From Ascoidea asiatica JCM 7603 (Eukaryota; Fungi; Ascomycota), in assembly GCA_001600695.1 (NCBI GenBank), contig BCKQ01000014.1, positions 250,937-314,936 of the forward strand: DNA of 64,000 bases. The letters run 5' to 3'. Under the pieces are notes generated by a model. It did not search any database. It was not told the DNA's origin and saw nothing but the letters and a program-made list of their open reading frames with translations. The position numbers and the translations under genes were made by a program. How positions within the stretch are numbered: position 1 is the first letter of the stretch; every line of letters starts with the position of its first letter. Positions 1-11,449 of this stretch are shown here, piece after piece.

Positions 1-1
1 T

Positions 2-2047
2 CTTTCACAACATCAATTAATTCGTGAAAATAAAACTATTGTTAAAAGAGATTCAAGTAATGAAAATTATTTAATATCATATATTGTACTTAAATCTGAA
101 TTAAATGATTTATTACTTGAATATAAAAATCTTGAAGGATATAATATTTTATTAGAAGAAGAAACAAATAATTCTATCAAGGAAGATCCTGTTATTAAAG
201 GATTACTTATATATAATGATTTAATTAAAAATATTAAATCATTTTTAAAGAAAAAATTAGCAAATTATGCAATTCCAACATATATTATTCCAATGGAAAA
301 ATTACCTGTTAATCCAAATGGTAAAATTGATAAACCAAAATTACCATTACCAGATAATAAAAGATTATCAATTGTTACTAAATATTTGGAAAAAATAAAT
401 TCAAATGATAATGAAGAATTATCAGAAATGGAAAAAAAAGTTAAAGAAATATGGTTAGAAGTTTTACCAAATACATTAATTTCATCAAATGATTCTTTTT
501 TTGATATTGGTGGACATAGTATTCTTGCTACAAGAATGATTTTTAAATTAAGAAAATCTTTAAATGTTGATTTACCATTAGGAATTATTTTTAAAAACCC
601 AACACTTAAAGGATTTAGTGAAGAAATTGAAAAACTTCTTACATTATCTCAAACTTCTTCAAAAGTAAAAGAAAATGAAAAAAAATCTCAAAGTGAATAT
701 TCTTTAGATGCAATTAATTTATCCGAAAGTTTATTAGCAAAAAAATTTCCAACAAAATCTGAAAATCTTAAAATTGGAGAAGAAATTAATGTATTTGTTA
801 CAGGTGTAACTGGATTTGTTGGATCATATATTTTAGCAGAATTATTAAATTCATCAAGATTATCTAAGAATAAAATTAATGTATATGCTCATGTTAGAGC
901 CAAAACAGAAGAATTAGGTTTAGAAAGAATTAAAAAAGCATGTAAAACATATGGTACATGGTCGGATAATTTTGAAAATAATATTATAGTTATTTTAGCA
1001 GATTTATCAAAAGCTGATTTTGGTAATAAAAAAATTTTTAATTTACTTTCAGAAAAAATTGATTATATTATTCATAATGGAGCATTTGTTCATTGGGTTT
1101 ATCCATATTCTAAATTGAGAGATTCTAATGTAATTTCAACAGTAAATATATTAAACTTATGTTCAATTGGAAAAGCTAAGAAATTTAGTTTTGTATCATC
1201 AACATCATCATTAGATACCGAATATTATTTTTCATTATCAGATAAATTAAAAAAAGAAGGTAAAAATGGAATTTTAGAATCAGATGATTTGCAAGGATCA
1301 TCCAATGGATTAGGTACAGGATATGGACAAAGTAAATGGTCAGCAGAATATATAATTCGAATTGCAGGAAATAGAGGTCTTAAAGGATCAATAATAAGAC
1401 CAGGGTATGTTGGAGGTGATATGCTTACAGGATCTTCAAATACAGATGATTTTCTTTTAAGAATGTTAAAAGGATGTGTTCAAATTGGATATTTACCAGA
1501 AATTGAAAATACCACAAATTTAGTTCCTGTAAATCATGTTGCAAAAACTGTAGTTGCATCATGTTTCAATCAAAATCAAGAAGGTGTTAAAGTATGTCAA
1601 GTTACTGGACATCCAAGAATTAAATTTGATGATATGATTGATTCATTGAATATTTATGGATATAAAATTAAAAAAGTTAATTATGAAACATGGAAAAAGG
1701 AGTTAGAAAAATCAGTAATTGAGAATGGTAATTCAAATAATGCTTTATATCCTGTATTACATCTTTGTTTGGATAATTTACCTGCAGATACTAGAGCTCC
1801 AGAATTAGATGATAAAAATTCAACTCTTTGTTTGAAACTTGATGAACAATTCTCAGGTATTGATGCTTCTAATGGAGCTGGTATTACCTCCAAACAAATG
1901 GGAATATACGCAAGTTATTTAAAAACTATTGGATTTTTAGAGTCTCCAGTGAATAAAGATTGTGAACCATTACCAAAAATAAATTTATCAGAAGAAACTT
2001 TATCGCTTGTTAAATCAGGAGCTGGTGCTCGTGGAAGTGCAGCTTAA
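2..2047 (+). CDS. LYS2: Alpha-aminoadipate reductase, 3' part (gene starts upstream of the window)
   Basis: Frame is open from nt 2 (LSQHQLIRENKTIVKR). End of A-domain EKLPVNPNGKIDK; carrier motif FFDIGGHSILA; reductase motifs VFVTGVTGFVGSYIL and GYGQSKWSAE. The Met at 293 is internal. Confidence 0.96.
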   Translation, partial: LSQHQLIRENKTIVKRDSSNENYLISYIVLKSELNDLLLEYKNLEGYNILLEEETNNSIKEDPVIKGLLIYNDLIKNIKSFLKKKLANYAIPTYIIPMEKLPVNPNGKIDKPKLPLPDNKRLSIVTKYLEKINSNDNEELSEMEKKVKEIWLEVLPNTLISSNDSFFDIGGHSILATRMIFKLRKSLNVDLPLGIIFKNPTLKGFSEEIEKLLTLSQTSSKVKENEKKSQSEYSLDAINLSESLLAKKFPTKSENLKIGEEINVFVTGVTGFVGSYILAELLNSSRLSKNKINVYAHVRAKTEELGLERIKKACKTYGTWSDNFENNIIVILADLSKADFGNKKIFNLLSEKIDYIIHNGAFVHWVYPYSKLRDSNVISTVNILNLCSIGKAKKFSFVSSTSSLDTEYYFSLSDKLKKEGKNGILESDDLQGSSNGLGTGYGQSKWSAEYIIRIAGNRGLKGSIIRPGYVGGDMLTGSSNTDDFLLRMLKGCVQIGYLPEIENTTNLVPVNHVAKTVVASCFNQNQEGVKVCQVTGHPRIKFDDMIDSLNIYGYKIKKVNYETWKKELEKSVIENGNSNNALYPVLHLCLDNLPADTRAPELDDKNSTLCLKLDEQFSGIDASNGAGITSKQMGIYASYLKTIGFLESPVNKDCEPLPKINLSEETLSLVKSGAGARGSAA

Positions 2048-2521
2048 ACACATTTTTATTCATGATTGTTCATTAATTGTTCATTTAGCTAGTTATATAT
2101 TGACAGTATACTTTTCTCTTTGTTTTATAGACTTATAATCTGATCTGTATCAAATCTTAGTGATATTTTCACTTTCTTCTCAATCAGGCATTTTTTCTGA
2201 AGGTTTAAAATCAAACAGAGATAAAACTTGTATGAAACTCAAGGGAAATAGAACCTGTAAAAGTTGGATCTCAGTAATTCAACACGTGATAGTTATACTT
2301 TAGGATCACGTTTTATTCATTAGTGTTTAGTACAAACCGCACTTTTTGCTGCTCTTTCGGGCAAATCTCAATTTTTGTTATTTTTTGTTTGTTTTGCACA
2401 GGCGACAAAATTTAAAGAATTTGAGAAAAGTTTGAGAAAAAAGTGAAAAGAATTGAAATAAATCATAAAGAAGAAGATTGTTTCTATTTATTTCTAGTCA
2501 ATTCATCTTAAACTGTTAAAA

Positions 2522-3967
2522 ATGGATAGTAATTCATTGAATCATTCATATTTTGATTATCATCAATTGATCAAAACTGGTCAATACAAAATGAGTCCAA
2601 CTTCAAATACTTTTCAAGGATTATCCTCAATTTATAATACACCAAGTAATAACAACAACAATAATAACAACAATAATAACAACAATAATAACAACAATTA
2701 CAATAACAATAGAAATAATAATAACAAAAAGTCATATAGAGCCAATGATAATAACTCTAGTTCAAATTATCAAAATTATGACTCCAAGAATAATAACAAC
2801 AACAACAACAACAACAATAGATCTGAGAGAGATAAAAAATTGAATCAATATCCCAATTCTAATACAAGTTCCAATTCAAGTTTCAATACAAATGTAAATA
2901 CAATTTTGAATTCAAATACAAATACAAATACTAATTGTAATTCAATTTTAAATTCAAATTTAAATAATTATAAAAAATCAATTTTTTCAATAGATACATC
3001 ATTTGAAGATTCTATTTTAAAAAATCATCAATATAATGATTATTCAAATTATTTCATTCACACAAATATTCAACCAATTAATCATGTAAGAAATATAAAA
3101 AATCCAGTTGATGGTTATCCAAAATTACAAAAATTATTTAATTTAAAAAATAAACAAATTAATTTATATAAATCAAAACCATATGGTGTTAAAATTAATT
3201 CAATTTCAAATCTTTTAAATATTTTAAATAATTGGATAAAAAATTATAATTTATTATTTGATATAATTATGATTGGATCATTATCAGAAAATCAATTTGA
3301 TTTAAATATTTTAAAATTATTACCAATTGATAAATTATGTTCAAAACCTGGATTTTTATTTATTTGGGTTAATAATTCAAAAGTTAAAGAATTATCAGAT
3401 TTATTAAATAGTAATCATTGGTCAAAAAAATTTAGAAGAAGTGAAGAATTAGTTTTTGTACCAGTAAATAAATCTTCAAAATTTTATCCAAAAAATAATG
3501 ATGAATCATTATTTGAACAACAACAATGGCATTGTTGGATGTGTATTACAGGTACTGTAAGAAGATCAATTGATGGACATTTAATTCATTGTAATATTGA
3601 TACAGATTTAAAAATTGAAAATCAATATATTAATAATGAAGATAATCAAGATGATGATGATGATAATAATAATTCATATAAAGAAATTTTAATGGAAGAT
3701 AAAATTGATACATGTATACCAAATCATTTATATAGAGTTGCAGAAAATTTTAGTAGTGCTACAAGAAGATTACATATTATTCCAACAACAGTTGGATATG
3801 AAAGTTCAGTAAAAATTAGACCTGGATGGGTAATTATAAGTCCAGATATTTTATTAAATAATTTTAATCCAGAAGAATATAAAAGAGAAATTTCAAAAAT
3901 TGGTACAAATTTACCACAAGAAGAAGAAATTGAAAATCTTAGACCAAGAACACCTGTTCAAAAATAA
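2522..3967 (+). CDS. KAR4: Karyogamy protein Kar4 (MT-A70 family) with poly-Asn N-terminus
   Basis: Kar4 blocks LPIDKLCSKPGFLFIW, FRRSEELVFVP, WHCWMCITGTVRRS.DGHLIHCNIDTDL, YRVAENFS.ATRRLHIIP. Confidence 0.92.
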   Translation: MDSNSLNHSYFDYHQLIKTGQYKMSPTSNTFQGLSSIYNTPSNNNNNNNNNNNNNNNNNYNNNRNNNNKKSYRANDNNSSSNYQNYDSKNNNNNNNNNNRSERDKKLNQYPNSNTSSNSSFNTNVNTILNSNTNTNTNCNSILNSNLNNYKKSIFSIDTSFEDSILKNHQYNDYSNYFIHTNIQPINHVRNIKNPVDGYPKLQKLFNLKNKQINLYKSKPYGVKINSISNLLNILNNWIKNYNLLFDIIMIGSLSENQFDLNILKLLPIDKLCSKPGFLFIWVNNSKVKELSDLLNSNHWSKKFRRSEELVFVPVNKSSKFYPKNNDESLFEQQQWHCWMCITGTVRRSIDGHLIHCNIDTDLKIENQYINNEDNQDDDDDNNNSYKEILMEDKIDTCIPNHLYRVAENFSSATRRLHIIPTTVGYESSVKIRPGWVIISPDILLNNFNPEEYKREISKIGTNLPQEEEIENLRPRTPVQK

Positions 3968-4657
3968 TACTTTTAAATATTATTCTTTGATAATGTTTAT
4001 GCTTTGCTATTTTGGTTTTTATTTGCAATATAGTTTCGTTAAGTTTATTAGCTATAGATTATACTACCTTGATTTTGTCCTTAGTTATTCCATAATTAAA
4101 TATGTGATATTCTTCATTATTAGTGAACTAATTATAAAATGAAAGTATTATGAATTGATTGCTTTATGATAATAGGTTTATAGTAATTAGATAATTGGAA
4201 ATTAAATATTTCAAACTTTGCTTCGAATTATATCTTTGACTCTTTAGAAATTTTGCTCAATTAATTTCAATTATATATATTAGATAATATTTTTATATAA
4301 AATTAAAATGTTGTTATATATATTCACGATGAATTTCATAGAATTTTTCGAAATATATGAAATATTACAATTAAATAAAACTTCATTTTATTGATGATTA
4401 AATGGTTTTAAAATATTGAAGCTTTTTAATGCGGGATCATGTCAGGGTCCATTTAACCAAAGATTTTGGTTAAAGTTCATTACAAAAACATGTAATTGAG
4501 AAAAAAAGAAAAAAAACAGTTCACATCCATTAAGATTTCTTGATTATATTTATAATCAATAAGCTTTATTGAAATAAAGAATATAAATGCTTTGAAAGTA
4601 AAAATCAGAACTAAAGCTACAATAACCCATATACTGAACTGTCTGGTTTCTTCAATG

Positions 4658-4765
4658 GTCACAAAACTGCTCTTTTGGTTGCATGCACCCGCCACGTTCC
4701 CAATACAGAGCTTCACCAGCCATTATTCAATTACTGCGCCTCGTTTGCTGATTCTGGTCACAAAA
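4658..4765 (+). promoter_or_regulatory. Two MSE-like (Ndt80/Sum1) motifs GTCACAAAA
   Basis: GTCACAAAA at 4658-4666 and 4757-4765, both preceded by TG, match gNCRCAAAW and lie in a locally GC-richer island. Confidence 0.4.
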
Positions 4766-6180
4766 AGAGCTTTTGCTGGTTTTGGTTTTAGTTTTTTTTT
4801 TTTGTTTTGCTGCTGGCTCCAGGCGAGAGAATTCTGAAGTGAGAGACAATTGAGTGTTTAATGTTTATTATTGGAGTGGTGAGTGCTTTGAATGGTCTGA
4901 GTGGTATCTAAGAACATAATAAATACTGTGTTTAAGACAATCTTAACTCGGTTAATTTCACAATATCATAATTATTCTTCTTTTTTTTAATCCAATTAAT
5001 TGATAACTTTATCTAAGAAATTTTTGATTTACAATTTAAAAGCTTTATTACTTAAGAAACAAGGAATAATTTCTTCTTTTATTATTAAAGTTACCTAAAT
5101 AATCGAAAATTAAAATTAAAAAAGTAAAAGTATACTCGCATTAACACATGGTTTCTTTTTTTTTTTTTTTTTTAACTCTGTTATTTAATATGATCTACAA
5201 TTAATGTAATAAAAGCATTTACTGTTTGTATTCCATGTTTAATTTTTATGTAATTCAATTACGATCTCTTAAAGACAAACTATTACTATTAAGACTAACG
5301 TTACAGTTATCATTAATGTACAATAGTACACTTAATTAATTTTTCAAATTTGTAATATATTTTTTTTAAATTAATATACAGTATATTAGGGAATGTCAAA
5401 AGTAATATAATTATACAATAATTTAAATATAATTTTAATAATAGTTAAAATACAACATGAGAATATTAAAAAAAAAAAAAAAATTCTGGATTGCAGGATT
5501 AAATTGAAATTAATCCATGAAATTCAGAGTATAAATTCTCTTAAACTGATTTTTAATAAAAGGAAACCGAAGACAAAAACCCAAAATGAAATTATAATAA
5601 TTCTCTTGTACTCGGATAAATATCATTATTTATATATTTATTCATCTATTTACCTTAATATTATAAATTAATGGCATATGTATTGATTGATATTGATAAT
5701 AAACTTTTTTTCGTATTGAATAATATAACTAGTTGTTAATAAACTGTATTAAAAGATAATATTAATGAAAATATTATCACCTTTTAAAGCATTTTTTTAA
5801 GAATATTTAAGATAAATTAAAAACATAAATGGATAAAAGAAATTGATTCATTTAATAGTATCAGAATTACTACTAATAATAATTAATAGTAATTAAAATA
5901 ATTAAAAAAAGCGAATACTAAGTTGTATGTATAAATAAATTTTAATGGAGATGATATAATATAATTGGATAATTAATAAAATTATGAAATAAACCGAGTA
6001 AGAATTATTTTAATGGAAGTTTAAAAACAAGGGATAATATTGAATTTTATGTTATGTTATTAGTTATCAGAGTTAAAAAAGTAATTATAACCACAATGGC
6101 CATATTGTTGAGATATCATTGAGATATATTGAAATATTATTGAGATATATTGAAATTTTATTGAAACGAATTAGATGATT

Positions 6181-6230
6181 TGAATGATATGAATGATATG
6201 AATGATATGAATGATATGAATGATATAAAA
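6181..6230 (+). repeat. 9-bp tandem repeat (TGAATGATA)x5 ending in a TATAAAA box
   Basis: Read directly; TATAAAA at 6224-6230 lies about 110 bp upstream of the ATG at 6338. Confidence 0.8.
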
Positions 6231-6337
6231 AGTGGATAGTTTCCTAAGTTTTTAAATTGAATTATTTCTTTTAATAATTATATCATTATATATTATTCAT
6301 TATTAAATATCATTATATACTTATCATAATACTCAAA

Positions 6338-6517
6338 ATGCGTTTCAATTATTTAATTTTAGGATTATTTGCAGCTTCAACAGTATTTTCAGCACCAACA
6401 CCAATTTCAAAACCTGAAGCAGATGCAGTTGCAGATGCAGAAGCAGTTCCTCAACCAAAACCAACTGAAAATTGTAGTTTTTATGCTAGATTAACAAGAC
6501 GTTTTTGTGTTGCTTAA
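6338..6517 (+). CDS. 59-aa secreted prepro-peptide (signal peptide, X-Ala/X-Pro dipeptide pro-region, 17-aa two-Cys peptide); absent from the ORF track
   Basis: Hand translation: MRFNYLILGLFAASTVFS-AP-TP-IS-KP-EA-DA-VA-DA-EA-VP-QP-KP-TENCSFYARLTRRFCVA*. AAAATG context, host-like A/T-ending codons, GC above flanks, upstream TATA. Confidence 0.85.
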   Translation: MRFNYLILGLFAASTVFSAPTPISKPEADAVADAEAVPQPKPTENCSFYARLTRRFCVA

Positions 6518-7049
6518 TTGAATTTAAAAAATGGATTAAAAAAATGGAAATTAAAATGGAAATTAAAATGAAAATGAAAATGAAAATGAAAATTAAAATA
6601 AAAATAATAATTCAATAGGAATCTTAATTAATTTATTTTAATTTTGATTTAAATTTTTGAAATTTAAAAATGTTTAATTCAAATAACTAGTTTAAATCAT
6701 TTCAATTTATATTTTCAATTAATTCTTCACTTCAATTCTTTTACTTCTCTTACTCTTTCTTAACTTCTTTTTAACTTCTTTCAAATTGCTTTATATATAT
6801 GAAATAAATATAATGAATAACTATATTAAAAACTCAACCAAACAATCTGTAAAACAATGACAATGTAATAGAAATTGGGATATTTTCTTAGTTTATTATT
6901 TGATACTAATCTACTAAAAATTGTAAATTATAAATGCAATTGAGATAGTAATCATCAAATATCATCAATAAATATGAAGTAAAACAACTTTCAATACTCT
7001 TCTTGTAATCTTCTTTAATATATTATATTCATTTAATTTCAGAATGCTG

Positions 7050-7202
7050 ACGCGTTGATTACGTAATTGTTTTTTTTTAATAACGCGTCATTTGAAAATT
7101 ATTAAAATTTATTTATTTTTTCGTGTTGTTTTGTTTTTTTTTTCTTTTTTGGTTTGTTTCGCGTTTTCTGAAACTTGACGCGTCTGAGCCTGACACACGA
7201 AA
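7050..7202. promoter_or_regulatory. G1/S promoter cluster upstream of CDC6: three MCB and two SCB elements
   Basis: ACGCGT at 7050-7055, 7083-7088 and 7178-7183; CACGAAA at 7196-7202 and its reverse complement at 7119-7125. Confidence 0.8.
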
Positions 7203-7771
7203 TCAAAAAAAGGTTTATTTTCACTGTTGTTTACCATTGTTTAAAGCTTTTATTTCTTCAATCTCGTTTGATTCGACTTTTTATTTATATTATATTATTA
7301 TTATTACTATTATTGTTATCAATAATAATATTATTGTTTATATTTACTTATTTACTTATTTATTTATTTATCTTTTTCTATTTAGAACAAATATTAAATA
7401 TGCTTCAAATTAAATAAAGAATGTATATTATCCTTTATTATACTTAATTATATCAATCATTTTATTTGAAACTTTTATTTCATCATTTCTTATATCATAT
7501 CATATACCATTTCAATTATCTTTATATTCTAATTTCATTATTCTAAATTCAATCTATCATAATCAAACTATCTAAAATATCTAAATCATTAAAGCATTCT
7601 AAATATCATTCATTCTAAATATCATTTTCTGTATACTTATATTACTTTTCTATTTATATCCTATTTCATATCCTAATATTATATTTAATTTAATATTTAA
7701 CTATACAATATTTTCAAATTATTATCTTATATTCTATAATTATTTAATCATATAAATAATTCAATTTAAAA

Positions 7772-9152
7772 ATGGAAAATTCTTCAAATTTAGTTAAAAA
7801 AAGAACTTCTTCTCAAGCTTTATTATCTTCTCAAAATGAAAATCCAAAAAAATTTATTAGAGTTTTAAATAATTTAAATATAAATAAAAATAATATAAAT
7901 ATTTCTAATAATATTTCAATAAATAAAAGAATTACAAGAAATTCAAAAAAAAATTATTTATTAAATAATAAAAGATCTTTAAGATCAAATTCAAATTCAA
8001 ATTCAAGATCAAGATCAAGATCAAATTCAAATTCAAATTCAAATTCAAATATTGAAAATTTTTTAAATTCTTCTTTAATTTCTCCATTATCTTCTCCATT
8101 ATCTCCTTCAAATAAAAAAAATCAATCATTTAATATTAATAAAGATAATGAACCAATAACAAATTTACAATTTAAAGATAATTTAATTTTATTAACTCCT
8201 CCAAAATCTTCAAAATCAAAAAGAAATATTTTATCTCCTTCTAAAAAAGTTAATTTTTCAAATAATATTATCAATAGTAATAATAATAATAATAATAATC
8301 ATTCTAAACAATCTGAGATTATAGATATTGATGATGACGATGATGATAATCAAGAAAACATACCTTTAATAAATATTAAAAAACCAATAATATCCCCAAA
8401 GAAAAAAAGAATAACAAAAATAAATCAACTTTTAAATACTCCAGAGAAAATAATTGAAAAAAAACAAGAGAAAAAAATAATTCAAATAAATCATGAGCAG
8501 AAACTACAAATTCAAAATCAAATTCAAAATCAAAATTTAAATCAAAATTTAAATCTTAAAGATAAATTAATTAGAAATGAATCTGTTTATACAAAAGCTA
8601 AAAGAATTTTTCAAAAAAATAATAATATTACTGAAAATACTGATAATAATATTAAAGATTCAAATTCATATACTTTAACTGGTAGAGAAAATCAATTTAA
8701 TAAATTAAATAATTTTATTAATGATAATATCTCAAATTTAATTTCAAATTTTTTATATATTTATGGTCCTCCAGGTACTGGTAAAACTATTCAAACATTA
8801 AATTATTTAAAATATTTCATCAATACTCATTCAAATAATAATTCAACTACTAACAATAATAATATATTTAATATAAAAATAAATAATAAATCTTTTAAAA
8901 TTTCTATAACTAAAATAAATTGTATGGGTTTAATAAGTACAAATTCATCTTCAAATAATTTTAAAAATTTATATTTATCAATATTAAAAAATTTTAATAT
9001 TGAATTCTCAAATTCATCAACTTATCCAAAATTTATCAATTCAAATAATGATTTATCACCAAAAGAATTAGTTATAAAATTATTTTCAAATAGAAAATTC
9101 TCAAATCATAATATTTTATTATTAGATGAATTAGATTCAATAATTTTACCAA

Positions 9153-9188
<36 letters not shown>

Positions 9189-10273
9189 GTAATAGTAATA
9201 GTAATAATCTTATAAATCAAGAATTATTTGAATTATTTTCAATGACTTTAAATAATAATTCAAATTTAAATAAATTAATAATTATTGGAATTTCAAATAC
9301 TTTAGATTTAAATGATAAAATTTTACCAAGATTACGAATAAATGGTTTAAAATTAAATTTAATTTCATTTAAATCATATAATTCAATTGAAATTTCAAAT
9401 ATTATAAAATTTAAATTAAATCAAATTAATTCTTTAAATATTTTTAATCCTTCAAGTATAATGTTAATTTCAAAAAAATGTTGTAATTTTGGAGATTTAA
9501 GAAAAGTTTTTGAAATTTGTTATAAAAGTATAGAATTAGTTGAAAATCAAGTTAAAGAATTATATTTAAGAAATGAAAATAATTTAAAAAATTTTTTTGA
9601 ATTAAATTTTAATAATTGTCCAAAAATTAATTTAATTCATATTTCAAAAATTTTTTCAAATTTAAGTAATGATACATATAGTAAATTTCAAAAATTAAAT
9701 TTACAAACTCAAATTGTTTTATGTTGTCTTTTAAATTATGAAGATAAAGTTAATAAAATTATTGAAGAATTTAATAATAATAATAATAATAAAAAAATTA
9801 ATGGAAATAATGAAATTGAGAATGAAAAATATAAATTAAAAGAAGAAAATATTGAATTAATGAGACATAAATTTAAAAATGAATTAATACCTTCAGAAAT
9901 GACTAATAATAATAATAATAAAGAAAATAAAGATAAAGAAAATTCAATGATGAAATATTTAATTAATATTAATGAATTTTATCATTATTATAAAAAATTA
10001 TTAAAACCAGATAGAGTTATATCATCATTATCAAAATTTGAATTTATTGAAATTATTACAAATTTAGATTCTTTAAGTTTAATAAATTTATCAAATAATA
10101 ATAAAAATAATAATGGTAAACTTGGAAATAAAAATATAAGTAATTTTTGTTCAAGAAATATTGGATCTGCAATAAATAAAAAACAAATAATGAAAATTGC
10201 AGAAGATATTGTATTTCTACGAAAAATTTTAAATAATAAAGAAGATCTTAATAAATTATTAGGAAAAAAATAA
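7772..10273 (+). CDS. CDC6: Pre-RC AAA+ ATPase Cdc6/Cdc18
   Basis: Walker A GPPGTGKT, INCM, Walker B LLLDELD, IIIGISNTLDL, GDLRKVFEIC; N-terminal S/T-P CDK sites; MCB promoter. Confidence 0.9.
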
Positions 10274-10806
10274 ATAATTTTTTATAAAGTATATAGAATT
10301 TGTATAGTATTAAAATTTTGATAAATTAAGTAATATATTTCATGATCAAATAATTAGTTTTTTTTTCTATTGTAGTTTTACAAAGACTTTTTATTTAATT
10401 GAGAAATCTCTTTTAGTCTCTGAAATTGAAAAAAATAATCTATATTTATTTTATAAAAACTTTTCATCTTTTAGATTCAATTGAAAAGCATTTTATCCTT
10501 TAAAGTATTCTAACAAACTTGATAAAAATTGTTTCCTTTACATTTCTGTCCAAGTACTCCACTATTTCAGTATATTCTAGAATTCAAATAATACTCACTT
10601 TTTCATTTTAATTAGATAATCGAATAAATGCTGAATGAATCAAGTTAAATAACCACTGCCTCAATGGAACTGATTAACAGAAGAATATCATTTCACTTCA
10701 ATTATATCGTACAACAGTAGTTCAATTCAAATATCAATATCAGTGAGTTTGAATAAAAATGGCCCAATTCGGAAATATTCTGAGGTTATACACTTTTTGT
10801 GGGTTA

Positions 10807-10885
10807 AAACCACCAACATGGGTGGAATGCACAAACACATTCAAGTGCCGAGGAGTGCGTCACGTTTCAAACCACCTACATGGGT
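10807..10885. promoter_or_regulatory. Duplicated 17-mer AAACCACCWACATGGGT upstream of HSF1
   Basis: Copies at 10807-10823 and 10869-10885 are 16/17 identical. Confidence 0.45.
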
Positions 10886-11279
10886 CTAATAACACAAAGC
10901 CAGTTCTGTGGATGCTCTTCCTTCAAATCACATGACTCCTTTTTTTTTCGTCTTTGTTAGAAAAACGGGTGAATACGCCGCTAACATCAACGCTAACATT
11001 ATTGTTAATGTTACTAAATTTTATGCTTTTCTTTCATTATCTCAATAATAATAATAATAATAATAAAGTAAAGTAAAGTAAAGTAAAATAAAATAAAATA
11101 AATAGGTCAGTGAAGAAAAGAACCAGATTGGGATTTGAAATTAAATTTAATCAACTTCAATACTATTCCTTTCTTTTCTTTTCTTTTTTGATCATTTTTT
11201 TTTTTAGATATAAATAAATCATAAGTTCATCACATTCAAAATCCTTTTTTTTTTAATTCTTTTCAGATAAAGTTCAATA

Positions 11280-11415
11280 ATGGCGTCAAATACTCTGAAT
11301 AGTTTCAATAATAATAATAATAATAATAACAATCATATCAATTATAATATTGATAATATAAATACCACTAATGAAAATGAAAATATAAATGAAAATGAAA
11401 ATGAAAATGAAAATG

Positions 11416-11449
<34 letters not shown>

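Noticed and set aside
6100-6260. alpha1-Mcm1 or Ste12 sites upstream of the peptide gene (CATTGA at 6117, TGAAACG at 6162, TTTCCTAA at 6240)
   Set aside because: Only isolated half-sites in very AT-rich DNA, without the proper arrangement; not used as evidence.
6506-6517. C-terminal CVA as an a-factor CaaX box
   Set aside because: Cys is third from the end, not fourth, and the precursor has a secretory signal.
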